Under the pieces are notes generated by a model that saw only the letters and a list, made by a program, of their open reading frames with translations, did not search any database and was not told the origin of the DNA. A program made the translations under genes and the position numbers. From the NCBI RefSeq assembly GCF_000400465.1, contig NW_008806283.1, positions 20,001 through 268,000 on the forward strand: a stretch of 248,000 nt of DNA, given 5' to 3'. Position 1 is the first letter of the stretch; each line of letters starts with the position of its first letter. The DNA comes from Wallemia ichthyophaga EXF-994 (taxonomy: Eukaryota > Fungi > Basidiomycota). Below are positions 155,692-170,827 of this stretch, piece after piece.

Positions 155692-156655
155692 GATTTGTAT
155701 GTAAAAGCTTCTTTCTTGAACGTTGCAGTCGAGAAGTTAAATTCAATTTTAGTTTAAGATCGAGGTGTGTGAACGAGTACAGAGACGGCGTGTCTAGTCC
155801 TTGTGATGATATCATACGCAGAATTCATAAATTTATTTACCGTTTAAGGAAAGGAAGCAATTATGTTGTAAATTTCGGCGAATTGATCAATATGCGCTTG
155901 TTAATCGCTAGTTTGAGTGTATTACCAAAGCGTAGGAAAATCTTCAATCATGGATTCAACTCAGACATTAATTTAGTAACTAAAACATCAATTTGGAAAA
156001 CTCGGGTGTATTTCTCGTGAATAAACTTTATGCTATTATTAAAATTACAAATTCGTGAAGCTGTGGTATATGATACTGAGTGGTAGTTGAAGAATTGTAC
156101 ATCTGGAAGTTTAATGAAGGATAACGCGGCATGATGGCAACATGTTAAACATTAACTATGATGTCATCTTAAGCTTTTGCACCTCTCATGATAAACGTTG
156201 AATACACTATCTTCATCTTTATAATAGCTTGGTAGAACATCTTTGACCATGTCTTTGTCAACCATTAAAGTTAAGTGACTGGATTTGTTCGCAGTATTCG
156301 CTGCTGGTTTGGGTTTTATTGGTAGCTCATTCAAATAAGCCAAGGAGCTGCGTGAGTTTTTAGACTCTGGGTCAAGTGACCAGGTGGAAGATAATGGCGA
156401 TTGCGGGTGGTCATCGACACTGTATGAGTTAACTTGATGTGAGCGGAAGGGATGAGAACTTACAATTCTAATTTATTGCTAAACTTAACACCTTTTATGC
156501 TCTCCTTGTTAATCAATTGGTTAAAGTCTTTATCTATCCAGGAACTGGGCTGATTAAAGAAGGAGCTAGCACTGGACCTAGTTGAGGGAGTCGTTGTAGG
156601 CGATTTACTTAATTTTATCGAGTCAATCGATTGTAACAAAGCGTATAATCAAGAC

Positions 156656-156928
156656 TCACAGGTTTATATGACTCGTGTTGTGATTCGACTGAAAGAGCTT
156701 GTCTTGAGGGGAATTCTTGTATTGAATATTACTCTCATCGTTCTTGTAATCCGCAGCTTTCCTTCTAATCTGCCAGCAAAGAACGATGACGAATACAACG
156801 ACAGCGAGTACACCCGTGGCGATTACCGAGCCAAAGACGATAGTTTTCGTATTTTCAGATTTATAAGTCATATTAGAGACAGAGAAGGGGATGAGGATGT
156901 AGAAAATCCCAGTGACATAGCATTCCAA
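156656..156928 (-). CDS. Small single-TM hypothetical protein
   Basis: One hydrophobic helix followed by RRK. Confidence 0.3.
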   Translation of the reverse strand: MECYVTGIFYILIPFSVSNMTYKSENTKTIVFGSVIATGVLAVVVFVIVLCWQIRRKAADYKNDESNIQYKNSPQDKLFQSNHNTSHINL

Positions 156929-157247
156929 TTCCCGTGTTTGTGTGGCTGCGTATCAAACAAGGCATGGTATTAAGGCATTCAATTGGAGTGAAATGAGAAA
157001 TATTCTTAAGTTATCAGGCTACAAGGGGAAAAAGCATTTTGAAGAAGCATGTTGGTCGATTGAGTGACTCGAAGAACGTCAGATACATTCAACTAGCCAA
157101 ATTAAATCGATCATTTATCTCAGTTGAGTGGTATTCATTTGAGTAGTCTTTAACTTCAAATATTCTGGGCCACTTCAACTTGATTGAGAAATTGAAAGAA
157201 GAAGTTTTGTCGAAGAGGCCCATATAAAAGAAAGTTAAAATATTACA

Positions 157248-158972
157248 ATGATGATTTCAAGAAACTTACATAAATTTAATAGGCTAGGCATTAGGAATTA
157301 TACTCATTTTGTTACTACCCCGATTTTCTACGTCAACGCTGATCCCCATATTGGTCACTTATATTCAATTGTTGTCGCGGATACTATCGCGCGTTACTTG
157401 AAATTGAAACACCCCTCCGATAATGTCGCTTATTCTACTGGCACAGACGAGCACGGTTTGAAAGTTCAACAAGCTGCTACCGCCCATTCAACTACACCTC
157501 TTAAATTATGTGACAACATCTCCCCCAAATTTAAAAGTCTAGCAGATTTAGCTCTGTCTTCTCATACAGATTTCATAAGAACCACCAGTCATCATCATAT
157601 CAACACTGTCCATTCCCTATGGTTGGACTTATTCAACAAAGGCTACATCTACAAAGGTAGCCATCAAGGCTGGTATGCTGTATCCGATGAAGCTTTTTAC
157701 TCTGATTCATCTGTCACCGATCACTTTGATCACTCTACCGGTGAATCGTATAAAATTTCCACTGAAACTGGAAAAAGGGTCGAATGGATGTCTGAAACTA
157801 ATTACAAGTTTAAACTTAAACATTTCAGACAAAAGTTGATTGACTGGTTGTTATCAAATCCTAAAGCTATACACCCACCCCAGCAATACAACGCTATCCT
157901 TTCTTCCCTTCAGTCAAATCAGAGCGCCAACTCAGATTTGTCCATATCCCGTCCTTCCAATCGCTTAAACTGGGGTATTCCCGTCCCTAACGATCCTTCA
158001 CATACCATTTACGTTTGGATTGATGCTTTGACTAATTATTATTCTGTTGCTCAACTTCATGGTCTAAGCACTTGGCCTGCTGATATACACGTAGTTGGCA
158101 AAGACATTATTAGGTATATATAAAATCTTCTCATTTGCCTTTAATGCTCATAAGCATTACAGGTTTCACGCTATATACTGGCCTGCTCTACTTTTGGCTT
158201 CAAATAAGCCATTGCCAAAAATTATTCTTAGTCACGCACATTGGACCATGAACGGTTCCAAAATGTCTAAATCCACTGGTAATGTCGTCGATCCTTTCGT
158301 CGCAATTCACAAGTATTCTGCAGACGTACTGAGGTTTTACTTACTTAGAGTTGGTGGTAACTTCGCAAATGACGCTGATTTTAAGCAACACGAATTAGAT
158401 CTGAAATACAGCTCTACTTTAAAGGGCCTACTTGGTAATTTGTTGTCAAGAATTAGTGGAAAAAAAATTATGGATAAACTTTCAAATGCTAATCCCATCG
158501 ATATTCATCCTAATGATAATGAAGAGATCTTACATAACAAGTTGGTTTCTTTGCATACTCGGTTCATAACTTCTATGGATACCTTTGAGATGGGAAAAGC
158601 TTTGGAAACCATCGAAGATACCCTTCACGAGGTTTGTCTGTTCATCTTCTTTTCTTTTATATTTACTCGACCGATCAGGTTAACAGATATTTCACAAAAG
158701 TTGAGCCGTGGTCTGATCATACCTCAATTGAGGAGTGCGCGCGATGTGTCATGTACGCTCGGGAAACACTGCGTATTATTGGTATTCTCCTTCAACCAAT
158801 CATGCCAAATAAAAGCAAAGAATTGCTTGACAAACTAGGTGTCGATTTATATGCAAGAAATTTGCAAGACGCTGCACTGAATATTTCACTCACTCAGACC
158901 TTAACACTCAATACCCAAACAGCTGTACTTTTTCCACCTCTTATTGAAAAGACTACAAGTAATTTAAATTAA
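157248..158972 (+). CDS. MSM1: Mitochondrial methionyl-tRNA synthetase
   Basis: TTPIFYVN, HIGH, GTDEHG, KMSKS. Confidence 0.92.
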
Positions 158973-159402
158973 TCATTTATGATCTTTTTCGCGACAAGCA
159001 AGCTTCAATTAACGTCACTTAGACGACATTAGCAAAGAAACTTACATGAATGTTTCTTCCAATTCTTAAAGGTTATTAATACTACTCAATCACTCTTTCT
159101 ACACAAGGCTCAACTGCAAAATTTCCTTGGATGCCACCGATAATTCAATGCATCGCTATTTCTTTTTGCTGTCTGATATGACTGCGGGTAGAATGCTTTG
159201 GACGTTGTACCTTTCACAAATTTTGGTATGAAAGGAAATATAAAAGAGCATTGATCAGGTATTTCAAGTATGCTCTATCGTCAAGAACGGTCTCAGTCAC
159301 GTGCACAAATCGCCAGTATGCTGAGATGGTTTTGGTTGTGATTAGAGCGAGTAAGCTAAGAAGTAAAGGAAATTGACTCAAAATAGCGCGCATAAGTTGC
159401 AA

Positions 159403-162150
159403 GGTAAAGTAGGACGGTCATGTGGTAATCAATACCCAATGAAGTAGGGTCTTCCCAAGAAAGTCCAGTGCTAGTATTAAGGACATTTTTCAAACTCTAC
159501 AGAATTTGACATTTCGCACGAATTTGAGAATATTGAGATTTAATTTCTCAGATGATCTCTAAAACTCCTTAATTACCGAATGTGCTCAGAAATTGTAGTT
159601 TTTCGCAGTTCACAGTCAGAAAATTTAAATTCACCCATATATCAAAAAGACTTCGAACTGCTAGGTTGTGGGGTACTTCAAGTAATGGCTCACGGACAAA
159701 GGTGATTAAATCGAATCCACAGAAATGCTATGTTAATTTACTGGAAAAGACATAAGAGCAGATGCTCCAGTAAAGGAGGCTACTATGTACTATGTGGTTA
159801 TATGATGATAATACGTCTTGAAAATCCTCACACACGTTTGGGATAGGGCGTCAACGAGAATGGCAGAGACGATCCGATGGAGGGCACTTGTTTACTATGC
159901 AGCTAAGGATCAATACAGCTGCACAAATAATTTCCTGTAAGTCTTCTTGGTTCAAATACCTTGGCGTCGAGGGGCAGAGATACTAAAGAGTTGTTAGTGA
160001 TAGAGCACCGTACGTTGAGAATAGTTGCCAGCAGCGCGAACGAGTCCGACTGGAATCCCGTATTACTAACTTTAAATTAAAAGCAGCATTCTTCCAGTAA
160101 CGGCAATAGAGTTCCGCATCTTAAACCAATCCTCCACTGGAATTTATAGAAACCGGTTTAAGGAGAAGTCCACAAATGTTTCTTTTTGTAAATAATCTCC
160201 CTTTTGGTAGCGGAAGAATATTTCATCACATCTATTGTGAGATCAACATTTGCCTTTTATTAAGTTTATGTGCATTGAGATAGGCTTGAAACGAAAATTG
160301 GCCTTTAGAGCAGGAAGACTAAGTTATCAATATTCTGTATAATCTTTATAAATTGCGACCAAACCTGGATTATATTGTACCCACTTTTCAATAGTGCTGT
160401 CCCTTTAGCTACGCTAAAAGCTTGAAACCACAATTCCTTGGGTGTGTCTTCTCCTTATATTTTGTCATGTAGATGACAAAGTTCGGAAAAGTAAGTATCA
160501 GCAACGATATTTCGGTGCAAAACCAAAATGTTATGCAAAATGCCAAAATTTCCGTTTTCTCGACTAGAGATCCTTTGTGGCTAGAACAAAAAATCAGAAC
160601 AGCTGCCCATTAATACAATCTAGGATCGTAAATCCTTCTGTAGCATTTGAAGAAAAAATATCGTATGATAATTGAGTTATGATTTATTTTTTTCGTACGG
160701 AGACAACGTTAAACCGTGTACCATATTACACGACATTATTAGAACTCAATTTAAAAATGCAATAGACTCGATACGGGTTTCATGCTCACGTAAGGAATGA
160801 AAAGAAAAGCTTGACGACTATCTATTGATGTACTTATAAGGCGTACAAATCAGAAAAGAAATCATAATGATAAGCGAAAAGGCTTAAAATAACAAATTTG
160901 GCGCATGAGCTTCTGCCCACTCTTGCAGCCAAAGACGAGCACGAAAACTGCCTTTTTCAATAAAGTTCGTTATTGGATATCCTCAGCTTTTAAAAAACAT
161001 TCGTTTTCCACTTGGTGAAGAAAATTGTTTCAGTGAGGCGGTGCTTCCTTTTCAAGTTTTGAGTTAACCTTAACTGTCATTAAATGTAATTCAAATTCCT
161101 GTCACTACGTTCCGAACTTTTTTGAGACGAGTTATTTCAGTTTACTTTTACTGTTTTTATTAGTGCGTCATGTCTTGTTATAAAGCGGTTTTCTCTATTT
161201 CATCAGTTTGCTTTCTTTGAACTCTAGTCGCGCTTCAAGCTTTAATTACATGTCTCGATAGAATTTTGTCCGCTTTCTGCATCTTTCACTGATGTATGAC
161301 TTGAGGACAAATATCTTAAATTGAGATATAATTCTCACTTTCTAAATTTCGTGACTAAAGAACGTCTTCAATTTCGATAGGCTTATTTTACAACTGTTAG
161401 CTCGGAACGTTTTAGTAGAACGCATTTGTCTTTCGGCAAGAAACGGATCTCAAGAGTAAATTCGGGGCGTCGCTCGTTGACTTAAGGTGACTTGTAGCAG
161501 TTTAGAAATGAAATTTACTTGAAAATTCCGTCTCATTTAATGATTTTCTAAGAAGCTTTTAATTATCATCATGTTTTCGACATCTTGTTTTTTTATATAG
161601 GATTGATTACGTCAATGTAAATTTAGTATGATTGAACTTTTTTAATTATGCGATTTCCATTAATTCATATTTTCACGTTAACGGTAACTCTAATAAACAT
161701 TCAGATAGGAATAAGTTTTGTTTTAAACATTTTAACCGTTTTAAAACCTACATTGAATTCCTCGACAGTCTCTTATTGTAAATATAATGTAACGTTAAGT
161801 TCTAACCTGAAGTTAAGTGACTAAAGAATATAGGTCACTTTTACATGATCATACTGCGATTTCATACTTCAATAATATTTTGCCTGAAACATATGCTTTG
161901 ATGTATTACAATCAAGTTGAGAATATTAACGTTAAACCATGCGGAGTATAGGGAGGAATGAAAGACCGTTAATAGTATTATTAGGGAACGCGAAAGTCGA
162001 CGATAAATACAGAATTAGGATACGATCGTCTCCCAATGGTACTACCTTGTTATTAAATTGTTTCAGTTAACTTCTCCAGAAATGAATGTCACATTTACGA
162101 CCATGGATTTATAGTACTTATTTAAAAAGGAGCTTTTTTTTTTTTTCGGG
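159403..162150. other. ORF-free AT-rich trough, candidate centromere
   Basis: No ORF of 60 aa or more in 159403-162195; hand count 44/180 G+C at 161581-161760. Confidence 0.45.
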
Positions 162151-162195
162151 CTCATGGGAAATATCTGACCTCACTTTTGTACCATCTGTCACACA

Positions 162196-165100
162196 TTAAC
162201 CAAATACAGATTCGATTTTTTGAATAATTCTACTAACTTGGTCGTGTATTTCGTTACATTCAAATTTAAAAACATACACATCTTCTCTGCGCCCTAGACC
162301 TTCATCAATCATTCCAACGCTCTTTAAATCACTTTTTTTAAGGTCGCCAACTTGAAATAAATTAAAGGTATCTTTGTTTGTACAATCAATCTCTATTTCA
162401 TGCACCATGCAAACATTAAACATAAATTAGCTCGATGCGCTGCAAACTATATTACACCCGCCGCATGTTTGCGATGTGTGTACTCAGTTCGTTGAGAATG
162501 TTTCTGTAAGTGGCCAAATCAAGCCCAGTCATCAGGGCCGATTGAAGTGAGGCTTGAAGTGCAGCTTTGCTGCCTTCTGGACATCTTAGATTCTGAATGA
162601 TAGTCGATAGTATCAAGTCTCTGTTCAACCAAAGGTTCGTATCTTCGTAGTTGAGCATAGTTGAAATGAACTTAATTAGTCGTTGCTTCAGGGTTCGCGA
162701 AAAGGTCAATCTCATTAGTATAGCGTTGAGAGGTATTGCCAAAATCTGCGATAATACGTTTGCGCCATGTTTTCCTATGAACAGACGTCAGTATGACTTC
162801 TGTCGTAGTAATCCCAACTAACTATCAGCTGAGTGCTTGATGAAGCTTTCCATTCCATCAAGAAGAGTATATGAAGCGTTCCAATGCGAAGTGATTGCTT
162901 GGTTAAGAATATTGAGTAGAGTAGTGTTGAAGAAGTTTTCTTCAGACGAACTAATGCGTAAATTTATTGACCGCGGAAAGCTTCTCAATACCGTGCATGC
163001 AAGATCAATTGAGTCACTTTGCAAGGTAAGGTTCGACTGTATGATTGTTCGTGAAATTTTGAAGACAGGGTCTAAGTAAGAGAGAACAAATAAAGAGAAG
163101 TTTTTCTCATTATTAACATCACTGGCACTTCCATCCACAGCAGCCAGCTCTCTCAAAATCTTAGTTGTGGTCTCAACACCTTCACTAAACTCGTCGCTAT
163201 CGTCCATGCCCGTCTCGTATTTGATAGATAGATAGTTTTCAAACCACATATTCAATATAGGCGCTACGTAAGTTTGTGGTAATGCTCTCAACGTACTTTC
163301 ATCGTAATCCAAACCAAGGTCCATATTTTGTATTATTGAATAGAAAATAGACAGAACATCCATTTGTATATCGATGCGTGCTTTGTAGTGCTGCTGAACT
163401 ACTCCTATCAACTGCGACAAGACATCTTTAATGAAACTGACAGTCTCTATATATGTATAGGGATCTAACGTTTCACTTAATCCAACTAGAGCATTCAAGC
163501 CCATTTTAACATTAGTAATGTATGGATGCCTCTGTGAATTGGCTCCAAATTCTGGATTTTCAATTACGTTGAGCATAACGCTTATGAAATAGAAGATACG
163601 AGACTTGTACTGGCTGGTCTGTTCAGCTTTCCTATCCATCTTACTGATGTACGTTCCACAACTCTTAACTAGCTTTTTGTCCAGCTTGTACGGCCAATCG
163701 TGCATGTTCGATAAGACAATATCAATTATGCTGCCAAAATTGATTAATGCAGGTAATGTGGGAAGACTTTCAATCGTATCAGCTAATCCTTCTACCACTT
163801 CCTCTTCAGATTTCCATTTTAGTAAAGAATGTTCGATAACCTTTTGAAATTCAACGTAAAACCCTACATTATTCAACGCTTGTAGTGGCGGAAGCGACAA
163901 GCAATCTATCAGTCCATAGGTTCGCAGATATCTTGCCCAGAAACACTTCCAAATGATGCCAGACACGTTAGGTGAGAGACCCATATCACTTGAAAATAAG
164001 GTAGTCAATTTTGCCAAACTTCTCACAAGCATTGACAAAGCAGAAACTGTTTGTTCACTGGATATGATTTGAGTTGGAATCAATGGTGTTTCTCCGATGC
164101 CCTCGTCAGCTATTATCGATCCGGCAAATAAAACTAGCGTTTGTAATCTATCGTAGTTGCAGTCTGACAGAAAGCCTGACGTTTCGATAAGCATATTGTA
164201 CATGTTCAGCTTTTCAGTGACGTTATCCAAAATTGGCAGTGATTCCATTCTGCTCAGTTGAGCTAAAGGATCCAAGATGACTTTCATTTCTGTTTCAATG
164301 TCATCTAATTCTTCTTCGAAAACTTCCTGTGAATTATCCAAGGGTGATGCTTTATTTTCCAGCCATCCTTTGGCTATCAGGGTGCACATTTCTATTGGTA
164401 TGATGATCCTGTTACTTTCCAAACTGGCTAAGATGGATAGCCAGCACGCCAAAAAATCTGCAAACGCTTCAGCTCCTTGTGATAGAGAAGCACTTCCAAG
164501 TTGGAACAACTTCTGTACATATTCCTCGCCTTTCTGTTCGAGAATAACGTTTAGATTGCGAGATTGGAGCAGAGACTTATGGCATGAGAGCTTCGTACAA
164601 ATGTCCATACATTCGGCATTTTCAAGGTAATGCACAAGGCTGAGAGACCATCCATCTTTGTCTTGTGGGTGACTGCTGCTGAAGATGGCGTTCAAAACTT
164701 TCTTCATCATAAAACCAAGTGTTTCGTTGTCAAAAGTGTTTACAGACAGGATCAGATGAAGCACTTGAGGACTGGCTAGTTGAATAAGGACGCTGATGTG
164801 CATTGAGTCAGTCGCAGTGTTGTAAATGAAATCTTTTTGGTCGTTTCGATAAAGTAAAAGCGCCTCTAATGCTGGTATGGTATACTTGATGACATTGTGG
164901 TCGTGACTGTAGGTGAGGCTGTGTAATACGATGTTTGAGAGGACGGGAAGAACGTTGTCCTAAAAGCTGGATAAGCGTTGTAAGCCCAACAAAGACGAAG
165001 CATACCTCAAATGACTTAGTTTGAAGCTCATTGTCTTCATCAAGATTAATATTTTGCTCTTCCAGGATCGCGCGGGATATACCGACAGCTGCTGAAGGTG

Positions 165101-165510
165101 AAGATTGTCTGATGTTATTGAGAATGACGACCAAGTTTTCTAGGCTGGTAGCTTTAACGAGGGCTAAATGCGCCTTTACTGAAACGTATACTGGTACTGC
165201 TCTATCGCTGAGAATGTAACTGAGAAGACATTGACTGATCTCGGGACTTGAATTTGGGCTGATAGTGGTTATGAGCAGCGTAAGGAGATGAAAGTGTGCG
165301 TAATATTCCTGCGAGTTCTCTGGAGTTTCTATAAATCTCTGTATATCCACTCCCACGTAACTCACCAAGTACTGCAATCGTCAACAAAGGTATCTCATTT
165401 GGGGACAGTGCCTCATTCATAGCCAATAATTCATTCTCGCCTTGCTGCCTAGTCCCTGGATGTGTAAATTGCTGACACGCTTGCTCAATTCTTCCAATCG
165501 CAGCATCCAT
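162196..165510 (-). CDS. HEAT-repeat karyopherin (exportin-4-like), multi-exon
   Basis: IEQACQQF...RQQGENELL importin-N-like start; long helical ORFs. Confidence 0.6.
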
Positions 165511-165601
165511 CGCGATTGCTATCTTGGTGGATCAGGTTTAACGGTTAAATATAATATACAAATTACTAAAATACATTATTTACATTACTTGTTTTGACTG
165601 C

Positions 165602-167703
165602 TTATACTTCTTCACTCTCCGTCTCAACTCCTGTCATTCGCCTTTCACGTCCTTCCATAGCAGTTCGCTCTTCAAGTCTTTGCACACTTTCCTCGACATT
165701 GCCATTGTCTTCCCGTGTCATCTCTCTTAAACGTCGAGCCCTTGCTTCACGCTTTTTCAGCTCCTTTTCAGCTTCTTCTTTGTTTGCTTTGCCATACCGT
165801 ATCTGGGTGTTTGAATCTCTTGGACGCTGCGTCTTAATCATACCTGCTTTGTTTTTTTCATCGGTCTCCTTCCTACTCTCTTGCTCTGCATCAGCTTCTT
165901 CAGACTCGGCACCCGTAGGCTCTGCAGTGAGCTCTGCGACATCTTGACCGTCCGTTTGCTTTTCAGTTGCCCCAGCTGCCTTAGATTTCTTCTCTGTGTA
166001 GCCGCCTTCAATATCGCGCTCTCTTTCAGCATCCTCAAGTACCTTCTGAGAGTCTTCACCCTTAGACTCAACGCCCTCCTTGTCTTCATGTTCAACTTCC
166101 TGTCCATCCGCTAATTCTGCTTCCTTCCCTCGAATTTGACTCTTCTCCGCAATCCTTTGCGCCCGGGCACCTTTATCAATTTTTGGTCGCTTGAACGCTG
166201 GTCTATCCTTAGCACCCGGTACATGCTTAACAACTCTAGGACGCTTTTTGAAGCTAACGTTAGTCTCTCTCCTCGACAAGGATCTTTCAACAGCAGCGGT
166301 ATTAGACCTTTGGTCAAACGCAGCAACAAGCCACCTTAGGAAGTTAGCCAGTCTGAATTCTTCAAGTGCTTCTTTATCGTTATTCCACTCGTAATCCTTG
166401 CTGAGATGCGCCGTTGGATTCACTCTGATTCTCTTCTTCTGTGAAAGATCTATGGTAATTCCACAGAGGGTGGCTTTGACTGGAATCCACCTATCTAACT
166501 GCAAACCGGTATTTCTTATAAGAACCTCCTTAATCCGTGGTAGAAGCCTCGGAATATTGTCTTCACGAGCGCCTGACTTGGCCAACTTGCTTACTTGGGT
166601 ATGAGATATTGTTATGTCGACGACGTCAATATTTTTCCCGACTTGCAGAGGCAAAGCCCATCCAACAGAAAACTCATTTTGTCTCTTAGGAAGCACGTTG
166701 TAGTACTCAGAATACCACCATGTGTTTTCGATAAAGCTGTCGATTATTTCATGACCTGTATGCAAGTTGGACTGCGACCAGACACCATTTAGCCTCCAGC
166801 CCATCCATTCTCTAAACAGCTGAACAACTTGCGAGTCCATTGCACCTTCTAGCAAGATGGGCCACTTTGCTATAGTTGGGTCATCCCTCGGGTCGTTTTC
166901 AAAGGGATCAGAACGAGGAAGAATGACAAATACGCTTGTTTTGGAAGGGTATTTTTCTTCAAGGGTTGGTACGTCGGGAAGAAGCGCCTCCTTTTTAGAG
167001 CTGACGACGCGGTCATATTGCTTATTCCTCATTTTCCTATGGTCATCGGTTTCATTTCTGTTGCGCTTATCCTCTGCGAGTTTCTTCCTATTGCATTCAT
167101 CAAGAAATTTGTCATACTCTTCGGAAGCTTGAGCTCTAGCAGCATTGGTCCATGTTTTAGGTGGTGGATCGGTGTTGTAAGAGACTTCCAAGTCGCCAGT
167201 TGTGAGGACATTAGTACCGTCGGCCGCAGTAATAGAAGGGCAAACGATATAGAACATGATAGTTCCAGGCAAAGCCATATCCAAACCTTTATTTATCTGC
167301 ACATCAATCAACTCGATTGGTACGTAATGACGTGATGAAACGAAGCTTCTAAGTGAGTGTTCCAAGTCGGAGTAGTTTATAAGGGGTGTTATATTTGCTG
167401 GGCCATAACGCTCGCTCATTTCTGATGAATCTACTCGATATTTGAATTTAGAGAGAGGCGAGAGATTGTAGATGTTGTATGCACGTGAGAGGTACGTCTC
167501 TGTGGAACGTCATTAGCGTTTATTCAGCCCACCCATATTCACGCACCTGGTGGCATCCAATTGTAGGTCGCGCGAAGCCTAGCGCGATAAGCCTTGTCGT
167601 ACGCAACCTTGGCCTCTTGATTGTCGTGATCGACGGGATCTGGGGAGTCGTACTTTTCGATAAGATGCTCGTCGTCGACGCCGCGACTAAAGTTTAAAGC
167701 TGG
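165602..167703 (-). CDS. Hypothetical protein with charged C-terminus
   Basis: 605 aa ORF plus upstream exon MPALNFSRG. Confidence 0.5.
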
Positions 167704-168310
167704 CATCGTCGCGTATTTCCAATTTCAGCAGATCCTGATGATTGTCGGTGATGAAGATAAAAATGTGCATGAAGTGTGCTTCTGTAAATTTATTTTTGTT
167801 TGTGGGTGCTTAACTAGACATTTTAGTGTTTACTGCGTATCCCAGTATATTCAGATCAGCGCGTCGTGACGAAATGGGCTTGCAGTGGCAGCGGCAGAGC
167901 TTTAGATAAATGAATTTCCTGCTCCATACTTTCTTAGTGGTTACTGCTTCGCGTTCCTCGATTTTGAATCCTTAAAATATCGAGTAAATTCTGAGACCAA
168001 TGGCAGACACCAGCTCTGAAAATATTTCCAATAAGCTAGAATAAACCATCTTTTGGTGATTATCAGAAGCAAAATTCAAAACAAAACACCTCCTTTGCTC
168101 TGAAGAAGACACCGGCATGAGGTGCAGTGAACGTTCAACATCCCTCAACGTAGCGCATAATTTATTTAAGCGATGATTATGAAACATATTCTATGCATGA
168201 AACCTGAATAAGTGGGGCGTTTGACAGCGCCAAATTTGCACTGCGGCGCTCGACCCTGTTCGGAGAAGCTAATAATAAATAAGACAGCTACCGCCACAAC
168301 TACCATCATC

Positions 168311-169632
168311 ATGTTAGTAAAGCTTCTGTGTTTAGCGCTTCTGTCGATCGCAGCAGCCGGACCGTTGCAGCGTCGTCACGGAGAGCAAATTAGAGGCGTG
168401 AGCGATGCTGGTAGCATTGAGAATGTTAGCTAACGCAAAAAAAGGTAAACATCGGTGGTTTTCTTGTCCTCGAAGCTTGGATCACTCCTTCTATCTTTGA
168501 CAACACGGGCAATCCAGACATCGTCGACGAGTGGACATTCGGCGAGTACCAGGATAGCGATCAGGCAGAGGCTGTTATTAACAGTCATCTCGACACATTC
168601 TATACCTATAGCGATTTCCAAGATATCAAAAACGCTGGTTTGACTCACGTCAGAATCCCAATTGGCTTCTGGGCATTCGAAACTCTGGACACACCATACA
168701 TCAAGGGCAACAGATATGCAAAATTACAGGAAGTCGTCGGATGGTGCCGCGATATTGGTCTCAAAGTGTGGATTGACTTACACGGTGAGTGTCTTATCTT
168801 GTCTTACTCACATGACTAAAATATAAAAGGTGCACCTGGATCCCAGAATGGTCAAGACAACTCAGGACATCTTATGGACTACTTCTTATGGCCTACGGAT
168901 CAAAGCAATATCGAAAAATCCTATTACTATATCCAGATTCTCACTGATGAATTCACCAAGCCTGAATATGGTGGCATCGTGGATGCAATAGAGCTTATGA
169001 ACGAGCCACAAGTAGCAGCACGTCCATCAATGTACGATACTGTCAAAACATACTTTCAGAACGGATATAACATAGTGTCACCTAAAACAGCTACAGCAAT
169101 TGCCGGTGGCTTTATTGAACTTGATTCTTGGAATGATTTCTTAACATATCCTGGCGCAGAAAATGTCTACATGGACACTCACAAATACCAAATTTTCTCA
169201 AACCAGCAGATCCATCAGACTGATCAACAGCGTTTAGATTCAATATGCGCGTTCAAGCAAACGTTTGCAGAGCACACGGCTAATCAACATTGGGTGATTT
169301 GCGGAGAATGGACTTTGGCTTTCACAGACTGCGCAAAATATATCAACGGTAGAGGCAACGGATCTCGATACGACGGCAGCCAACCTGGATCAACTGCCGT
169401 CGGCAGCTGTGAAGGAAAGTCAGGCAATGGAGACAACTGGAGTGAGGATTATAAAAATAGATTGCGCTACATGTGGTACACACAGATCGACACATTCGAA
169501 AATGGTGGTCGTGGCTACTTCTTCTGGACATGGAAGAACGAAGACGCTGCAGATTGGTCTTACAAGCGTCTCCTCGAACTTGGCGTCATCTCCTATGATC
169601 CAAACGATTACCAACACGGTATCTGCGGATGA
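168311..169632 (+). CDS. GH5 exo-beta-1,3-glucanase
   Basis: VRIPIGFW, VWIDLHG, IELMNEP, CGEWT, FFWTWK. Confidence 0.9.
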
Positions 169633-169742
169633 ACAATAGATATATTTACACAGTCTCGCTGGGATAGTGTTGACTGATAAAAATATTTGTATCTCGGATC
169701 TTATATATTCTTAATAAAAAAATGTGTATCTAATATTACAAT

Positions 169743-170827
169743 CTAGGTAGCAAGGTTGACGTCGTTGAGTGCGATGGCTATTGCTGCCTTATGATGGCCG
169801 TTGTACTGCCTCACAGTGTCACCGCTAGCGAGTTCCCATAACCTCGCGGAGTGGTCTGAGGATGCAGAGACGAGATAGGCTGAGTCAGCGGAGAAAGCAG
169901 CATCCCATACCCATCTCTGATGGCCGGTGAGCACCTTTTCCAACCTGAAGTCGTAATTATGGGTCGACCAAATCTTAATCGTTGTATCGGCAGAACAAGT
170001 AGCAAGATGCCTAATGGCAATTGTCAGATTATGAGCAATTGAAAGGTATCAGCTCACTTGGTATCGGGGGAGAGTATACATTTTGTGATATACCTACTGT
170101 GAGCAGGCAGCTTCGTTATTGGAGTGAATTCTGAGGCTTCGTATTCCTGATCGGCGCGTATCTTCCAGACAAAGCAATTACCTTTGTTGTTTCCAGCGAC
170201 GAGCGAGCTGCCGTCAGAAGCAATAGTGACTGAGCGAATGGGCACGTCTTCTTCGGGTACAAGTTCATGGCTGCAGGTGTTCTCACCCAAATCCCAGACT
170301 TTAACGCTTCCAGCTTGGTCGCAGGAGATGATCTCTCCTTGGTTTGGGTGTATGACAACGTCGTTGACTGGCGATGGATGATCGAAAGCCCGCTGTACAT
170401 GAGATGTTCTGTGGATTGAGCAATGAGAAACTAAAGCTACTATTATGACTGATAAGCTCACCTCGTGTCCCAAATCTTGACTGTACCATCCTCACTACCA
170501 GTCGCAATCCACTTCCCCTCAGCCTGGAAAACGACTGCAGTAACGTTTGCAGTGTGTCCGTTAAATGATTGTATCTAAGCCAAGTAAGAAAAGCGCCGTA
170601 ATCAGATTAGAGCAGAGCCATACCGGGTTTGGGTCGCTGCTATTGATATCGTAAAGTTTTACAGAGGTATAGCCTGCGGAGGCTAGAAATTTTTTGTCTG
170701 GGCTGATAGCGAGCCTATTGACGGAATCTGAGTGGTGAATTGTCCGTGAGCATCCACCGCTCCAGGCCTCCCAGAAGCGTATCGTGCGATCGTAGCCCGC
170801 GGAGGTGAGAATAACGTCGGCGCTCAT
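169743..170827 (-). CDS. LST8: TOR complex subunit Lst8 (WD40)
   Basis: SAGYDRTIRFWEAWSG, GHQRWVWDAAFSADSAYLVSAS. Confidence 0.93.

Noticed and set aside
159470-159680. Further copy of the decayed family
   Set aside because: Only short AT-rich matches (GATGATCTCT); not distinguishable from chance by eye.
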